Virus record (IMG/VR): IMGVR_UViG_3300014933_000056 | Span: 1 to 52,101 of that record | Direction: 5' to 3' (one strand) | From: a virus | Lineage: Duplodnaviria; Caudoviricetes | DNA: 52,101 nt | In this document: positions 25,903-36,314 of the stretch, in pieces | Numbering within the stretch: the first letter of the stretch is position 1 | Layout of the letters: every line of letters begins with the position of its first letter | Translations under genes and position numbers: made by a program | Notes under the pieces: model-generated | The model's database searches: none | What the model saw: the letters and a program-made list of their open reading frames with translations, nothing else | What the model was told of the DNA's origin: nothing

Positions 25903-26195
25903 TATTCCCCCTGTATTTCTAAAAGAATTTTGGCGCGTAACTCGCGCATCTTCTTTGTTTCTTCCATTGCTCTGATGGTTGCGTTGTTCATGTCCATGTA
26001 CATAACTCCAAGTGCTGGAAGTACAATCACTAACACAACACACACCACAAGGACGGCAAAGAAAACTGTCCATGAAACGTGTGACTCATCCTTATCAGAA
26101 TCATTACCCACAGGAACCACGCTATTACGAACGCTACTGCTAAAAGTGAAGTCAGTTGTTCTCTTAGCTTCTTTCTTATCTTTGCTCGTCGCCAT
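25902..26195 (-). CDS. single-TM membrane protein
   Basis: VFFAVLVVCVVLVIVLPALGV; TAATG-coupled to the holin-like gene. Confidence 0.55.
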   Translation of the reverse strand: MATSKDKKEAKRTTDFTFSSSVRNSVVPVGNDSDKDESHVSWTVFFAVLVVCVVLVIVLPALGVMYMDMNNATIRAMEETKKMRELRAKILLEIQGE

Positions 26196-26743
26196 TTAGC
26201 CACCTGCGCTTGTCTGAGTTCTTCGGCATGTGCTGCATTCTGCTCGGAGACAATACGCTCCCACATAGCTTCAAACTTACCCCAAAGTGACCCGAGTTCT
26301 GGGGGTGACCTATAGATCATGTTTTCACGTATTTCCGCAAGCATCGCATCAAGTCTAGCGGTGATAATGATCCTACGCAAAGCACGACGTCCTATACTTT
26401 CTTCCCCTTTATAAACTTTCTTGCTTGATAGTTCTTCCTGCAATAACGCCTTACTTAAAGCGTCGTAGGCATCCATCAAAATGCCAAGCTGGTTCCCAAT
26501 TTCGCTAAACACATCATTGGGGTCAGTCTTGGCTATTTCTTGCACCCTCTGCACCTCAGCGTTGTACTGCATCTTCTGCTGAGGTGTTGGATCTACTATC
26601 TTGTGATACTGCTCTTTTAGGTCTTTGAGTACGTAGCTAACATCTCCGCTTGCACTCTTTATGTCCTTATAGAGCTGCGTGGCTTTTTTAACCCCTAAAA
26701 CTGCAGCATTGGCAACCGCGAGTAATGTAAGCGGATCAACAAT
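26030..26743 (-). CDS. membrane-anchored coiled-coil protein, start codon uncertain
   Basis: Frame stays open and protein-like for 57 codons above the first ATG (IVDPLTLLAVANAAV...) with no ATG/GTG/TTG. Confidence 0.6.
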   Translation of the reverse strand: MVDPLTLLAVANAAVLGVKKATQLYKDIKSASGDVSYVLKDLKEQYHKIVDPTPQQKMQYNAEVQRVQEIAKTDPNDVFSEIGNQLGILMDAYDALSKALLQEELSSKKVYKGEESIGRRALRRIIITARLDAMLAEIRENMIYRSPPELGSLWGKFEAMWERIVSEQNAAHAEELRQAQVAKWRRAKIRKKLREQLTSLLAVAFVIAWFLWVMILIRMSHTFHGQFSLPSLWCVLC

Positions 26744-26744
26744 T

Positions 26745-26942
26745 TTATAAGCCTAAAAGTTTCTTCACGAACTCAGCAGCAACGCCGGGGCCTAGTAAAA
26801 CAAGAACCATCACTGCATAAATCAGATACTCAATCTTCTGCATACGGTCTGAACCCTTATCCAGACTGTCTTTGATGTTCCCGTAACGCTCAGTGCATAT
26901 AGCCTCATGCACAGCTAAGCGTGTATCTGTATTGTCAGCCAT
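26745..26942 (-). CDS. small membrane protein (holin-like)
   Basis: RLAVHEAICTERY coiled coil plus C-terminal TM. Confidence 0.7.
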   Translation of the reverse strand: MADNTDTRLAVHEAICTERYGNIKDSLDKGSDRMQKIEYLIYAVMVLVLLGPGVAAEFVKKLLGL

Positions 26943-27102
26943 TTACGACCTCTGGCTCTTCTGTATTCGCAGCAGAAATTTGCGGTATAGCTTGATTATG
27001 AATAGATTGAATTAACGGTGCTGATTGGGTGTAAGGAAGCTGCCCTAAAGCCGTCAACAGAGCGTTAATCTCATCAATCGTAAATTTTAATTTAATGTCC
27101 AT
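26935..27102 (-). CDS. hypothetical protein (55 aa)
   Basis: Hand-translated MDIKLKFTIDEINALLTALGQLPY...; fills the gap. Confidence 0.7.
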   Translation of the reverse strand: MDIKLKFTIDEINALLTALGQLPYTQSAPLIQSIHNQAIPQISAANTEEPEVVNG

Positions 27103-27103
27103 A

Positions 27104-27388
27104 TTAGATTGACTGCGAAGTTAGAGCGTTTAAATCAGCGCTAGTTAACGCTGGCAACGAGTCTGTAGTTAATTCTGTTTCTTGCGGCAATGAAAATTCC
27201 ACCCATTTTTGTTCGGATTGATTCCATGAACAATCAGCCCAAGGTTTAGGGTCACGGATTACCCAACCCGGTGGATACCACCAAACAACTTCTTTACCTT
27301 CGGGGCATTCAGGCGCATCAGGCACTTCAATCCATCCTTCTGTGCCATCCGTTTCAGGTTTTGGTATAGAACCGTTTTTAGAAAACAT
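27104..27388 (-). CDS. hypothetical protein following tail fibre
   Basis: W/P-rich; position suggests a fibre accessory protein. Confidence 0.65.
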   Translation of the reverse strand: MFSKNGSIPKPETDGTEGWIEVPDAPECPEGKEVVWWYPPGWVIRDPKPWADCSWNQSEQKWVEFSLPQETELTTDSLPALTSADLNALTSQSI

Positions 27389-27396
27389 AAGTCACC

Positions 27397-29565
27397 TTAT
27401 TGAATCGGGAATGCTGCGGTTGGAGTTGTGATAGTTCTTGCGTATTTAGTTACTCTAACCTCATCAAGATAACCATTTAAAGCACTCCCAGCAACTCTAT
27501 CTGCGCCAACATATAATCCATTAGTTTGGTTAAAATTATCTGTTACAGCACCACCACTTGTAGCATCAACTGAACCATTTAAATAAACTTTTAAGTTACC
27601 TGTTGCGCTTCCTGAACGAACTACAGCAAAGTAATACCACGTAGTAGCTGCTAAAGAAGTAGCTCCAGTAAGTGCAGTAGCTGTATAACTAAACTGAAGT
27701 TTATTACCTGATGTTACATTTACAGACCATCCTGTGCTTGCTGCACCTTTACTTATAATTCCATAAGCAACGCCAGTGGCAGATAAATATACCCATCCTT
27801 CAATAGTAAAATCACCAGTACCTAATTGAAGATTAGGAGAGTCCGGAATTAATAACCAATCCCCAGTACCATCAAAATACATCGACGTTGTTCCAAACTT
27901 AGCCTGTGTCGTGCTTACCTGTGCATTGCCTACAGTCTCTAGTACATTCTTAGCAGCAGAGTCGTATATACCGGCGTTGGTGTAGTTGAGGAGTAATGAC
28001 GTATTAGTAATTGCTGTAACAGGAGCAGTAGGCAAGGTTAACGAACTTCCTGTTCCATAAGGATTCGCTCCTTTTATTAGTCTGCAATTTGATAGATAAC
28101 CATTAGTTCCAGCAATTACCTGCATATCCCCTTGCGCATAACTAACCGTATATGACGTATTGGTGGCTACTCTTGTTCCATTAACATATAAACCGCCAGT
28201 TGTTCCTGTTCTGGTAGCGCAAATGTGATACCACTGATTTACAGTTAAAGTTAAACTAGCTGACATGTCATCAGCAGTATTTGCTCTGCTTATTGCTAAA
28301 GTACCAGTTTTATATCGAAGGACAACAGCGCCATTAGTTGTGCTTCCAAAAAACTCACCAGAAAGTCCACCACCTGCCGCAGTTCCTACGAAATAAATCC
28401 AACATTCAATAGAAAAATCACCAGTCCCCAAAGCAAAAGCAGCATTGCTAGCAGCAACTATAGAATCCCCACTACCATCAAAATACCCAGACCCGCCAAC
28501 CACATCTGGTGTCCATTGCAGCGCAGGAGCAAAAGGGCCGAAGGCTTGGACGGATGTAGAACCTGAAGGGGTAACTGTTGAAGCATTAGAACTATTGTCT
28601 TTAAAACGATTATCTTGGAATGTAAGTAACTGGCAGCTAGTTGCACCCTGACTTGTTGTGGTCAATGGTATTGTGCTTGGTGTAAATGTGCTTGTATATA
28701 CAGCAGATTTACAAATACGATAATTGCTAAAATAACCGATAAAATCTTGCGATGTGTCTGTAGGAAGCCTAGCCAAATATAAATTAGCGCAATTTGGAAA
28801 CGCAGCAGATTTACTAGCAGAACTTAAAGCAGTTCCGTTTTGATAAACAGTTACTGTTCCGCTACTGCGTACAAATGCCACATGAGTCCATTTATTTAAA
28901 TAATTGCTGAACGCAGTAAAAAGAGTTCCACTTCCGCCAAATTCCATATAAGGCTGTCTTGCGCCTGATGAGCCGCTTGTCATTGAGATAGTTAATACAC
29001 CAGCCCCAGGTAAACCTGCAAAAGCGCGTGAACCACTATCATCTGTGCAATACATCCAAAATTCTATAGTGAAATCACCAGTAGAAATTGCATAATCAGA
29101 ATTGTTTAATTGACAGTATGAACTTGTTGTATTGTATATTCCCCAACCTGTTTGACTAAACGGAGTAAATGTTCCCTGCGTAGTATTACCGTTTCTAGTA
29201 ATCGGAAAGCCAGTAGCCGTAATGGTTGTGCTAGATACTGTCTGCGATGCGCTTACTGTATAAGTTCCTATTCCGCCTGTACCAGTACCTAATGCTGTAA
29301 CCGTTGTTCCAGCCGTTACACCAGTTCCAGTTATTCCAGTGCCCACGACAATAGTACCTGAAGTTATGGCACTAACAGTCATAACCGTAGTGGTAATCGA
29401 CGCAGTAAATACCGCTTGATTAGCAGAATCTAAAAAAGTATTGTTCTGTGCGCCGTTAGTCGTTGTTGTATTTAGCAGCAACGTGACTAAATAAAAATAG
29501 GCGTCCGTTACTACCGCAGCAGCCGAACTAAAAGACGCTAACAATCCCTGAACAATGCCACTCAT
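27397..29565 (-). CDS. tail fibre / receptor-binding protein with three LamG (ConA-like) domains
   Basis: Three GDF(T/S)IE.W.Y...W.H...R...NG repeats; start MSGIVQ is TAATG-coupled. Confidence 0.8.
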   Translation of the reverse strand: MSGIVQGLLASFSSAAAVVTDAYFYLVTLLLNTTTTNGAQNNTFLDSANQAVFTASITTTVMTVSAITSGTIVVGTGITGTGVTAGTTVTALGTGTGGIGTYTVSASQTVSSTTITATGFPITRNGNTTQGTFTPFSQTGWGIYNTTSSYCQLNNSDYAISTGDFTIEFWMYCTDDSGSRAFAGLPGAGVLTISMTSGSSGARQPYMEFGGSGTLFTAFSNYLNKWTHVAFVRSSGTVTVYQNGTALSSASKSAAFPNCANLYLARLPTDTSQDFIGYFSNYRICKSAVYTSTFTPSTIPLTTTSQGATSCQLLTFQDNRFKDNSSNASTVTPSGSTSVQAFGPFAPALQWTPDVVGGSGYFDGSGDSIVAASNAAFALGTGDFSIECWIYFVGTAAGGGLSGEFFGSTTNGAVVLRYKTGTLAISRANTADDMSASLTLTVNQWYHICATRTGTTGGLYVNGTRVATNTSYTVSYAQGDMQVIAGTNGYLSNCRLIKGANPYGTGSSLTLPTAPVTAITNTSLLLNYTNAGIYDSAAKNVLETVGNAQVSTTQAKFGTTSMYFDGTGDWLLIPDSPNLQLGTGDFTIEGWVYLSATGVAYGIISKGAASTGWSVNVTSGNKLQFSYTATALTGATSLAATTWYYFAVVRSGSATGNLKVYLNGSVDATSGGAVTDNFNQTNGLYVGADRVAGSALNGYLDEVRVTKYARTITTPTAAFPIQ

Positions 29566-30332
29566 TAGGTCACTCCGTTGCCTGAAATTAACCAAGTAGT
29601 AGAAGTCATTTTGATAGCAGTTGCCATACCGTACTGCGCTAATGATCTGCTACCAGTAGTTCCAGTTCCAGCTAAATACAAAGTATCGCTAGTGATTGCA
29701 ATCGTTACCACTTGGCTAGTCATGTTGATAAACGTGATTGCCGTGCCTAATGCATAAGCCACGTTTGCGTTTGAATCAATCGTAAATGTTCTAGCATTAG
29801 CATCCGTAGATGGATGAAATATTGCTTTACCAGAATCAGCTAAAACCGTTGTGTAAGCCGCTGATTGACTGTTAATTGGAATGTTTAGATAACCCACACT
29901 TGCCGAAGCAGGCGGGAAAGTCATTGTCGTGCTATCAGTACCAGCTAACGTAATGCTGTTACTTGCAGTAAAGGTTTTGCCGTCTGCTATGGTTAAAGTT
30001 GAACCTGTAGCAGGAGCCGTTAGCGTTACCTTGTTTACTGTGGTGGCAGACGCTACGCCAAGAGTTGGTGTTGTTAGCGTTGGCGATGTAGCGAGCACTA
30101 TGCCGCCTGATCCCGTGACGTTCTGCCCTAAAGCAGTTGCTACACCTGTGCCGTAAGTTATTGCGGTTGATGCCAACGCCAATACAGTAATTGTTCCTGA
30201 TTTATTGAAATACAATTTTCCATCAGCGACATTCAACGCCAATTCGCCTACAGCTAAATTACTCGTCGTCGGCTGATTACCAGCACTCGTGCTGTTGAAT
30301 AGAATAATTGGCGTGTAATTAGTTTGTGCCAT
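29565..30332 (-). CDS. tail fibre protein
   Basis: L..GELALN.ADGKLYF; [13 protein letters not shown]; W.ISG C-terminus. Confidence 0.75.
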   Translation of the reverse strand: MAQTNYTPIILFNSTSAGNQPTTSNLAVGELALNVADGKLYFNKSGTITVLALASTAITYGTGVATALGQNVTGSGGIVLATSPTLTTPTLGVASATTVNKVTLTAPATGSTLTIADGKTFTASNSITLAGTDSTTMTFPPASASVGYLNIPINSQSAAYTTVLADSGKAIFHPSTDANARTFTIDSNANVAYALGTAITFINMTSQVVTIAITSDTLYLAGTGTTGSRSLAQYGMATAIKMTSTTWLISGNGVT

Positions 30333-30625
30333 TAAAAGGTTCCTCCTGAAATACCGCCAGTTATGCCTGATCCGACAGTCAATATGTTAGTTGACGAATT
30401 AAAACTAAGATTTGCAGATTGTGCCAAAACACTGGTGCTTGACGCAAACAGTATTCCATTTGCCGTATACGCAGACAAATTCGTGCCGCCATTCGCAACC
30501 GGCAAAACTCCAGACACGCCCGTCGCCAAAGGTAAGCTAGCACCCTGAGACAAGTCGTAAGTGTCACCGACCTGAATCTCCTGAATGGATGTCGTGTTAA
30601 GTACGAGTGGATAACGTGCTGTCAT
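30332..30625 (-). CDS. short tail fibre-related protein
   Basis: VSGVLPVANGGT; ends in GGTF like 22890..24200. Confidence 0.7.
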   Translation of the reverse strand: MTARYPLVLNTTSIQEIQVGDTYDLSQGASLPLATGVSGVLPVANGGTNLSAYTANGILFASSTSVLAQSANLSFNSSTNILTVGSGITGGISGGTF

Positions 30626-30635
30626 TTTTTAATCC

Positions 30636-32627
30636 TTAGAAGCAGGTCACATTGACCGTAGTAGATCCGTTATGCAGTAATACCGGCAGATAACCATTCC
30701 CAATAGGTATGTTTACTTGACTACCTGCATGGTTCGTTACCGGCAAATACGTAGGGTTAAGCTGCCATGCAGCCGTTGTACCCGTGGATTTTAATACGTA
30801 GCCAGACGTTCCGATACCTAGGCGAGTCGCGCTATTAGTGCCGTTACCTACAATTAAGTCACCAGTTGATGTGATTGGCGATAAATTGTTAAAAGCCGCA
30901 CTTGCTGACGTTGCGTTTGTGCCGCCATTAGCAAACGATACAGGTGTCGTAAGACTAAAAACAGTACCTGTTAAAGTAAGACCATTTCCTGCAGTATAAG
31001 TACCTGCACCAGAGAATTGAACCCAAGGCATTGAAGTTACATCAATTGTTCCACCAGCATTTGCCGTGGTAACCCAACCCGTGTCTGCTAAAGTTGTTCC
31101 AGTTTCAATAAACACAAATGAACTTGGCACTTCAGCCCAAATGTCCATATCAAGAGCACGAGCCCATGTAGATGAACTTGCAATGTAAATACCATTGAAT
31201 TGGCTAGAAGTCTGATTCTTAACCAAGATTCGATTACCAGCCGTAAGAGTGGAAGCCCAATCACCACCAGCTTGAGTACCTAAACCAGACAAAGTTATGT
31301 TGTTTGTTGTTCCGTACACGCAAGATGCCTTAGCATCCAAGCCTTGAGCTATGCTGTCTACATACTGTTTTGTAGTTAGTTGCAAAGCAGTTGTTGGGTC
31401 TTGAGTAACAGTAACCGATGTTAATCCAGCCAGAGTTGATGCCGTGGCGCCTAACGCCACATTGGTAGAGCCAAGCGTTAATGAGCTGTTGGTTAACGAA
31501 GAGTTTGCAATGTTACTTAGGGTATTGGCTGATCCATTAATGGTCTTGTTTATCAGCGTTTGCGTGTCATTCAGAGTAGCGACAACAGTCGTATCAATTG
31601 TTATCGTACCTGTTGTGGTGATAGGGCCACCTAGCAAGCCATTGCCAGTACCTACCGAAGTAACACCAGTTCCACCGGCAGCAAGGGTTGCCCACGCTCC
31701 GTTGACGTAAACCTCAAACACTCCCAATTCAGTGTTGTATCGTATGGTTCCGTTTACTGCACCCACTGGACGAGCGGCAGTATTGCCAGACGGCAAAATG
31801 GTGCCGCCGGTGCCCGGCAACGTAGGATTCGGAGCAATGCTAATTACAGGGACGGTTGTGCCGTTTACAACTGCAATCTGATTTACTGTGCCCTGTACGT
31901 TGGTAACAGTACCATCGCCAGTGCCAAGGGTCGCCCATGCGCTGCCCTGATAAACCTCAAACCGCGATGTGTCTGTGTTGTAGCGAATTACGCCATTGAC
32001 ACCCAATCTCTGCGCCGAAGTGCCAGAAGGTAGCTGAGTACCGCCTGTGCCGGGCAATATTGGATTGCTGGCAAGGCTTACTGTAGGTGGCCCACTGATG
32101 CCAGTTCCGTCGGCAATAGTAATCTGATTACTAGTGCCCTGAATCGAAGTCTGACTAAACGTCGATCCATTGATGGTCATCAAACCTGTGCCAGTTAAGC
32201 TAGACAGGTTTTGTAAATTAGTATTAACGCCAATTACAGGGTCACCAGAGACGCCAGTACCATTAGATATGGTCATGCCTGCGCCGACAGTTAATTGTCG
32301 ATTGACGACCGTACTAGCACTATCTTTGACCACAAAGCCGGTGCTTGCGCTGTTTAAGCTTGCTGCAGCACCCGTCATGTTAATTGTCAGGGTACTACCC
32401 GCGCCTCCATCAGTTAACGACAACCCTGTGGTAGCCGATAAGTAACGAGCGTCCGTAAGGCCTGCAGTTGATCCAACCGTCAGGAATGGGTAATTAAGCG
32501 CACCCGCACCTGCGATAGCACCTGTCGTCGTTTGTACCGTTACGCCATTTTGCACAACCGGCACGGACTCCGAGCCAGTTAAGGCTGCAGCACTCGGCAG
32601 TTGGGTTATGGTTACTTGTCCACTCAT
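30636..32627 (-). CDS. tail fibre protein
   Basis: Duplicated LPSG..A.R...G.IRYNT....FEVY; TKQYVD.IAQGLD.K; RILVKNQ...NGIY. Confidence 0.8.
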   Translation of the reverse strand: MSGQVTITQLPSAAALTGSESVPVVQNGVTVQTTTGAIAGAGALNYPFLTVGSTAGLTDARYLSATTGLSLTDGGAGSTLTINMTGAAASLNSASTGFVVKDSASTVVNRQLTVGAGMTISNGTGVSGDPVIGVNTNLQNLSSLTGTGLMTINGSTFSQTSIQGTSNQITIADGTGISGPPTVSLASNPILPGTGGTQLPSGTSAQRLGVNGVIRYNTDTSRFEVYQGSAWATLGTGDGTVTNVQGTVNQIAVVNGTTVPVISIAPNPTLPGTGGTILPSGNTAARPVGAVNGTIRYNTELGVFEVYVNGAWATLAAGGTGVTSVGTGNGLLGGPITTTGTITIDTTVVATLNDTQTLINKTINGSANTLSNIANSSLTNSSLTLGSTNVALGATASTLAGLTSVTVTQDPTTALQLTTKQYVDSIAQGLDAKASCVYGTTNNITLSGLGTQAGGDWASTLTAGNRILVKNQTSSQFNGIYIASSSTWARALDMDIWAEVPSSFVFIETGTTLADTGWVTTANAGGTIDVTSMPWVQFSGAGTYTAGNGLTLTGTVFSLTTPVSFANGGTNATSASAAFNNLSPITSTGDLIVGNGTNSATRLGIGTSGYVLKSTGTTAAWQLNPTYLPVTNHAGSQVNIPIGNGYLPVLLHNGSTTVNVTCF

Positions 32628-33010
32628 GTCGATGTATTCGTGTTAGGTGATGGTGTAATGATGTCTGTATTGCCGTTCTGTAACGGAGTAGTCGTTCCAT
32701 TCTCAGTGCTGATATACCACTCACTTGGGTTACCACCCGGTATATTGTCGCCTGTAGGCGTCAACACTAATCCGTTATCATCAGCCGCAACATTCACATC
32801 AGGCCTTGGGTACTGCAATGTAATACGCTCAGTCTTTCTAGCCGGTAGTCTATATGGGTCTTTCTCATCAGCACAACCGCGAGTACATACCTTCAACCCC
32901 GGAAAGTTTGGGTCTGGCATAGCTTCGATAATAGGGCGCTTAAATTTACAACGATCACAAATAAATATAGCAATAAGCGCATTACCACGGGTATCTAACC
33001 ATTTAGGCAT
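32624..33010 (-). CDS. hypothetical Cys-motif protein
   Basis: ICDRC...GLKVC...C.D..DP...PRPD. Confidence 0.7.
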   Translation of the reverse strand: MPKWLDTRGNALIAIFICDRCKFKRPIIEAMPDPNFPGLKVCTRGCADEKDPYRLPARKTERITLQYPRPDVNVAADDNGLVLTPTGDNIPGGNPSEWYISTENGTTTPLQNGNTDIITPSPNTNTST

Positions 33011-33537
33011 TAATGAGTTCTCCCTTGTGCCGCAAGGGTAGCTTTACGAGCCGCAACTCGTTTGGCAATTTGCTCTGGAGTTTGCTTACCGCCTTTTTTC
33101 TTGGCTGATAATTTTGCTCTTGTTTCATTTGATACTGGCATCCCAGCATTAGCAGGAGTTCTACCAATCATCCAAGGAGTAGCTCTAGGAACTCCTTTTA
33201 ATGGACTTACATAATCATCGCCACGATATTTAGATGTCGGCGGCTTTCCACCGCCAATAACTAAATTCCAACCAATTTTTTCTGTCGGACGCAATTTTCT
33301 TTCAATTTCATAACAATATTCATCGTCAGCAATAACAAGAACCGTCTTGATTAAATTATCCCAACCATATTTAGAAATGGCATTTGCAAATAATGGGTTG
33401 TCATGGCGATTTTTCCGATGCGCCCAATTATGCCCATATAACCATCTTTTTTGAGCATTTTTGGACACACCAATATACCCTTCCGACGTCATGTCAGAAT
33501 GATGTGGCGCTCGTATCCAGTAAACTTGTGTGCTCAT
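33010..33537 (-). CDS. GIY-YIG-type homing endonuclease with NUMOD3
   Basis: VYWI...GYIGVS...R...H; AI.KYG; E; GWNL..GG; VSNETRAKLS and QTPEQIAKR. Confidence 0.85.
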   Translation of the reverse strand: MSTQVYWIRAPHHSDMTSEGYIGVSKNAQKRWLYGHNWAHRKNRHDNPLFANAISKYGWDNLIKTVLVIADDEYCYEIERKLRPTEKIGWNLVIGGGKPPTSKYRGDDYVSPLKGVPRATPWMIGRTPANAGMPVSNETRAKLSAKKKGGKQTPEQIAKRVAARKATLAAQGRTH

Positions 33538-34607
33538 CGTGTGTACGGAAGAATATTCGGGCTGAAATAAATCGGCGATTTATCGCGCTCTTCGTTCTCA
33601 GCCATGATGAAATACTTCTCTGCCTGACCTTCTAAGTAGCCTACTCGGTTCAAATCAACGCCCGGCAAAATCATTGACATTTGATGTGCCAACAGGAATT
33701 GAATAGCTTGATTCCACCGCTGTGGTATCTCAAGCTGACCACTTAATGAGCCAACATCATCAATCTGCCGCGAGTACCACACAGTCATCTGCACGAAAGC
33801 ATTCGATGGGGTAGGCCACAAAGTGATCTGTGCCTGCGGTAATTGACGGTTAAACCAGAATTGATAGGGCTGATTTGCCGTAAAGTTCTTGTTTGGCAGG
33901 TTCGTATAGTCATCACGATTCAACCGTGCCATCGTAATTTCGGTGGAATTATTCCCTAAATACCACTCATACAGCGCCAAAGTAGTGCCGCCATAAGCCT
34001 GAATTCTGTAATAGGCGACGTTCGCGCCGGGGTCTATATCTTGGAAAATCCACTGACCACTCGTAACAGGCATGTTCACTGCCGTATACAAAGTAGTCCA
34101 CGTAACGCCATCAGGCGACGATTGGAAGTAGTAATTCCACACCGCAGTACCACCACCAGCCACATACGGCATGATGCCAATTGATCCTATGTACTGAGGA
34201 TTATTCGCGCCATAGTTGACTATGAAGTTTCCGTTAGCCGATCCTTGCTGGCAATACGTCGATGTGTTGCCGTCATAGATATTAGCTACAACACCGCCTG
34301 CGCTTGAGCTGTAAGAGCCACTAGGGCGCGTCATAGTGCGATACAAAGCGTTTAATACGTCTACCCCACCCACAGGTAGGTCGTACTCATATTTATTCGG
34401 CTGGAGGCCGTATACGATCTTGTTGATCGCCCAGTAATTAATACCCTGATTGATCAGGTTACTGAGGACGAAGAATAGGGCTTGCTTAGAGGCAACTACT
34501 TGTTCAAGGGTGAGTTCTTCCGCAAGCTTGCCAGATAGACGGGCACCCTGATCAATGAAGTTCTGTACGGTGACTACTGTGGTTCCGACAGTACCGCTAT
34601 AAGCCAT
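33534..34607 (-). CDS. head-completion/adaptor-like protein with discoidin-like insert
   Basis: NQGIN.W, R.DY..LPNK, P.QFWF.R, LWP.P; inserted QSSPDGVTWT...YYRI domain. Confidence 0.6.
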   Translation of the reverse strand: MAYSGTVGTTVVTVQNFIDQGARLSGKLAEELTLEQVVASKQALFFVLSNLINQGINYWAINKIVYGLQPNKYEYDLPVGGVDVLNALYRTMTRPSGSYSSSAGGVVANIYDGNTSTYCQQGSANGNFIVNYGANNPQYIGSIGIMPYVAGGGTAVWNYYFQSSPDGVTWTTLYTAVNMPVTSGQWIFQDIDPGANVAYYRIQAYGGTTLALYEWYLGNNSTEITMARLNRDDYTNLPNKNFTANQPYQFWFNRQLPQAQITLWPTPSNAFVQMTVWYSRQIDDVGSLSGQLEIPQRWNQAIQFLLAHQMSMILPGVDLNRVGYLEGQAEKYFIMAENEERDKSPIYFSPNILPYTR

Positions 34608-34619
34608 ATATCACCTTCG

Positions 34620-35304
34620 AGTAATTTAATTACCAGCAGTTTTTGTGTTTAGGGTTTTGCTGTGCAGTTTTAACCTTGCCGCCAGATTTATGACGCGAAT
34701 TACCCTCAGAATCTTTGATGGCATGAGCATAACCACCATACTCATTGTCTTTGCGATCTTTTGACCTACGAGCACCTTTTAATGTGTTTGCTTTTCCAAC
34801 TTTTTCACCGGTTCTATGATTAAAAATTGTAAATGGCGCACCTTCATTAGGGTTCTTAGGTTTTACTTTATTAGAAGTACGTTGAGATTCAAGAGCGGAA
34901 TGTAAAGCATCCCTAGCATCTGAATAAGCGTCTGCTAATTTTTTGTCTTTAGGTGAGCTTGTCATTGCAAAATACGCTTTGTTTAATGCCTCTTGCGCCT
35001 TTACTTCACCACCATCAGCTTTTTTCATGATCTTTCCACCTTTTTTGTTTCCTACTGGGGATGCACCCTCAAGGTCTTTAAATGCATCAGCAGCACGATC
35101 TTTAGGTGATCGACCAACCTTTGGAGCCATTTTTTGCATGGCTTGATCAACTTCTGCCTTTTTTTGATCAAATTCTTCCTTGGTCATTTCAATACCGTTA
35201 TAGGTATATTTATCACCCATCTTACGGAAAGAATTCATTGCAGGTAGATTGTCAGCCATAACCAGCCTCTCAGTAATTTAATTACCAGCAGTTTTTGTGT
35301 TTAG
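34620..35304. repeat. 33-bp direct repeat at the 3' ends of two tandem genes
   Basis: agtaatttaattaccagcagtttttgtgtttag at 34620-34652 and 35272-35304. Confidence 0.9.
34630..35259 (-). CDS. Lys-rich modular protein with xxxGG motifs
   Basis: NKKGG, KADGG, HKSGG; ends KHKNCW. Confidence 0.75.
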   Translation of the reverse strand: MADNLPAMNSFRKMGDKYTYNGIEMTKEEFDQKKAEVDQAMQKMAPKVGRSPKDRAADAFKDLEGASPVGNKKGGKIMKKADGGEVKAQEALNKAYFAMTSSPKDKKLADAYSDARDALHSALESQRTSNKVKPKNPNEGAPFTIFNHRTGEKVGKANTLKGARRSKDRKDNEYGGYAHAIKDSEGNSRHKSGGKVKTAQQNPKHKNCW

Positions 35305-35596
35305 AGTTTTTAGTCTCTGCGCTGTTTACTTTGCAGTCTTTCAGGCTAATCTTGCCGCCTTTTTTCAGGCCAAGGCCTTTTTTGTAGACTTCGCCGTACT
35401 CTTTGGCATATTTAGATACGTTATCGCCAAGCTCAGAAGCTTTACCTTTAACGAAATCAAACGCATCACTAAGAGCCTTACGAGGGGCTTCATTTTGAAT
35501 GCGTATCTGCTCATTAATCTGATTGAGAGCCTTACTTTCTTCCCGTTTACGGTCATCTTGCTTGGCGTTTTCTAAATCATTTTTTGTGATTGGCAT
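35282..35596 (-). CDS. Lys-rich protein with xxxGG motif
   Basis: Start MPITK after AAGGAG; LKKGGKI; ends KHKNCW. Confidence 0.75.
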   Translation of the reverse strand: MPITKNDLENAKQDDRKREESKALNQINEQIRIQNEAPRKALSDAFDFVKGKASELGDNVSKYAKEYGEVYKKGLGLKKGGKISLKDCKVNSAETKNSKHKNCW

Positions 35597-35607
35597 AATT
35601 TTCTCCT

Positions 35608-36312
35608 TTACCAGCCGGGGCATTTCCACCGCTTCAGCGATGCTTTAGCCCTTGGAGCATCACCACTTGAATGTTCAACCACTCCCGACATTCTCGCGCA
35701 AAAGCTGTCCTTACGCGACCCGCCTTGGGGTTGTGGAGCCTTTAAATGGCTCCCTGTCTCTTTGTTGTACTTAGCCCTACCCTTGGCAGTCAGACCAGCT
35801 CCGCGATCAACTGAGAGCTTCTCGCCACGCCCAACAGCCAGACTAACGCCACCGCCCTTATTCATATCGTTTCTATCATATGTATTAAGGCTAGGCTTTT
35901 TAGATGTTGTTTTAGCTCCTACAGGCAAAGATCGGTATGACATATATTTATCTGCAGGCTCGCCCATGTAAGGCAATTTTTTTACTTTGACGTCGTGATA
36001 ATTCTCTTCTAATTTGGGTTTCTTTTTAGCTGTCCCGCCAATAGCTTTCTTTACTGTTTTGGCTGACTGTCTGAACGCTTCAGCCGTTGGCGCACCCTTG
36101 CTACCAACTTTTCGCATCTTTTCGCCAGAGCCTTCAGAAATTCTTTGCTGTTTTGCATGAATGTTTGCATACAAACCGCCTTCCTTGAATTTTTTCCCCT
36201 CATCAGCCTTGGCAAACTCTTTGCCTACCTTTTGAGGAACACCACCAAAGCCGCCCTTGGTATGAGCTGCGGCTTCCATTAAGTTGTGTTGAGCTTTTGA
36301 TTTGCTTGGCAT
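35608..36312 (-). CDS. basic modular protein (DUF6321-like C-terminus)
   Basis: Modules MPSKSKAQ.., GLYANIHAK.. and GLTAKGR..SFCARM..RWKC separated by FKEGG, KAIGG, MNKGG. Confidence 0.7.
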   Translation of the reverse strand: MPSKSKAQHNLMEAAAHTKGGFGGVPQKVGKEFAKADEGKKFKEGGLYANIHAKQQRISEGSGEKMRKVGSKGAPTAEAFRQSAKTVKKAIGGTAKKKPKLEENYHDVKVKKLPYMGEPADKYMSYRSLPVGAKTTSKKPSLNTYDRNDMNKGGGVSLAVGRGEKLSVDRGAGLTAKGRAKYNKETGSHLKAPQPQGGSRKDSFCARMSGVVEHSSGDAPRAKASLKRWKCPGW

Positions 36313-36314
36313 GA

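Noticed and set aside
25903-26073. N-terminal extension of the holin-like ORF (likewise 7640..7762, 13133..13171, 29566..29595, 35597..35629)
   Set aside because: Extensions overlap upstream genes; downstream ATGs have RBS or stop-start coupling
27397-32627. Diversity-generating retroelement or invertible tail-fibre cassette
   Set aside because: No reverse transcriptase, invertase or near-identical nucleotide repeat pair seen; the repeats are diverged protein domains
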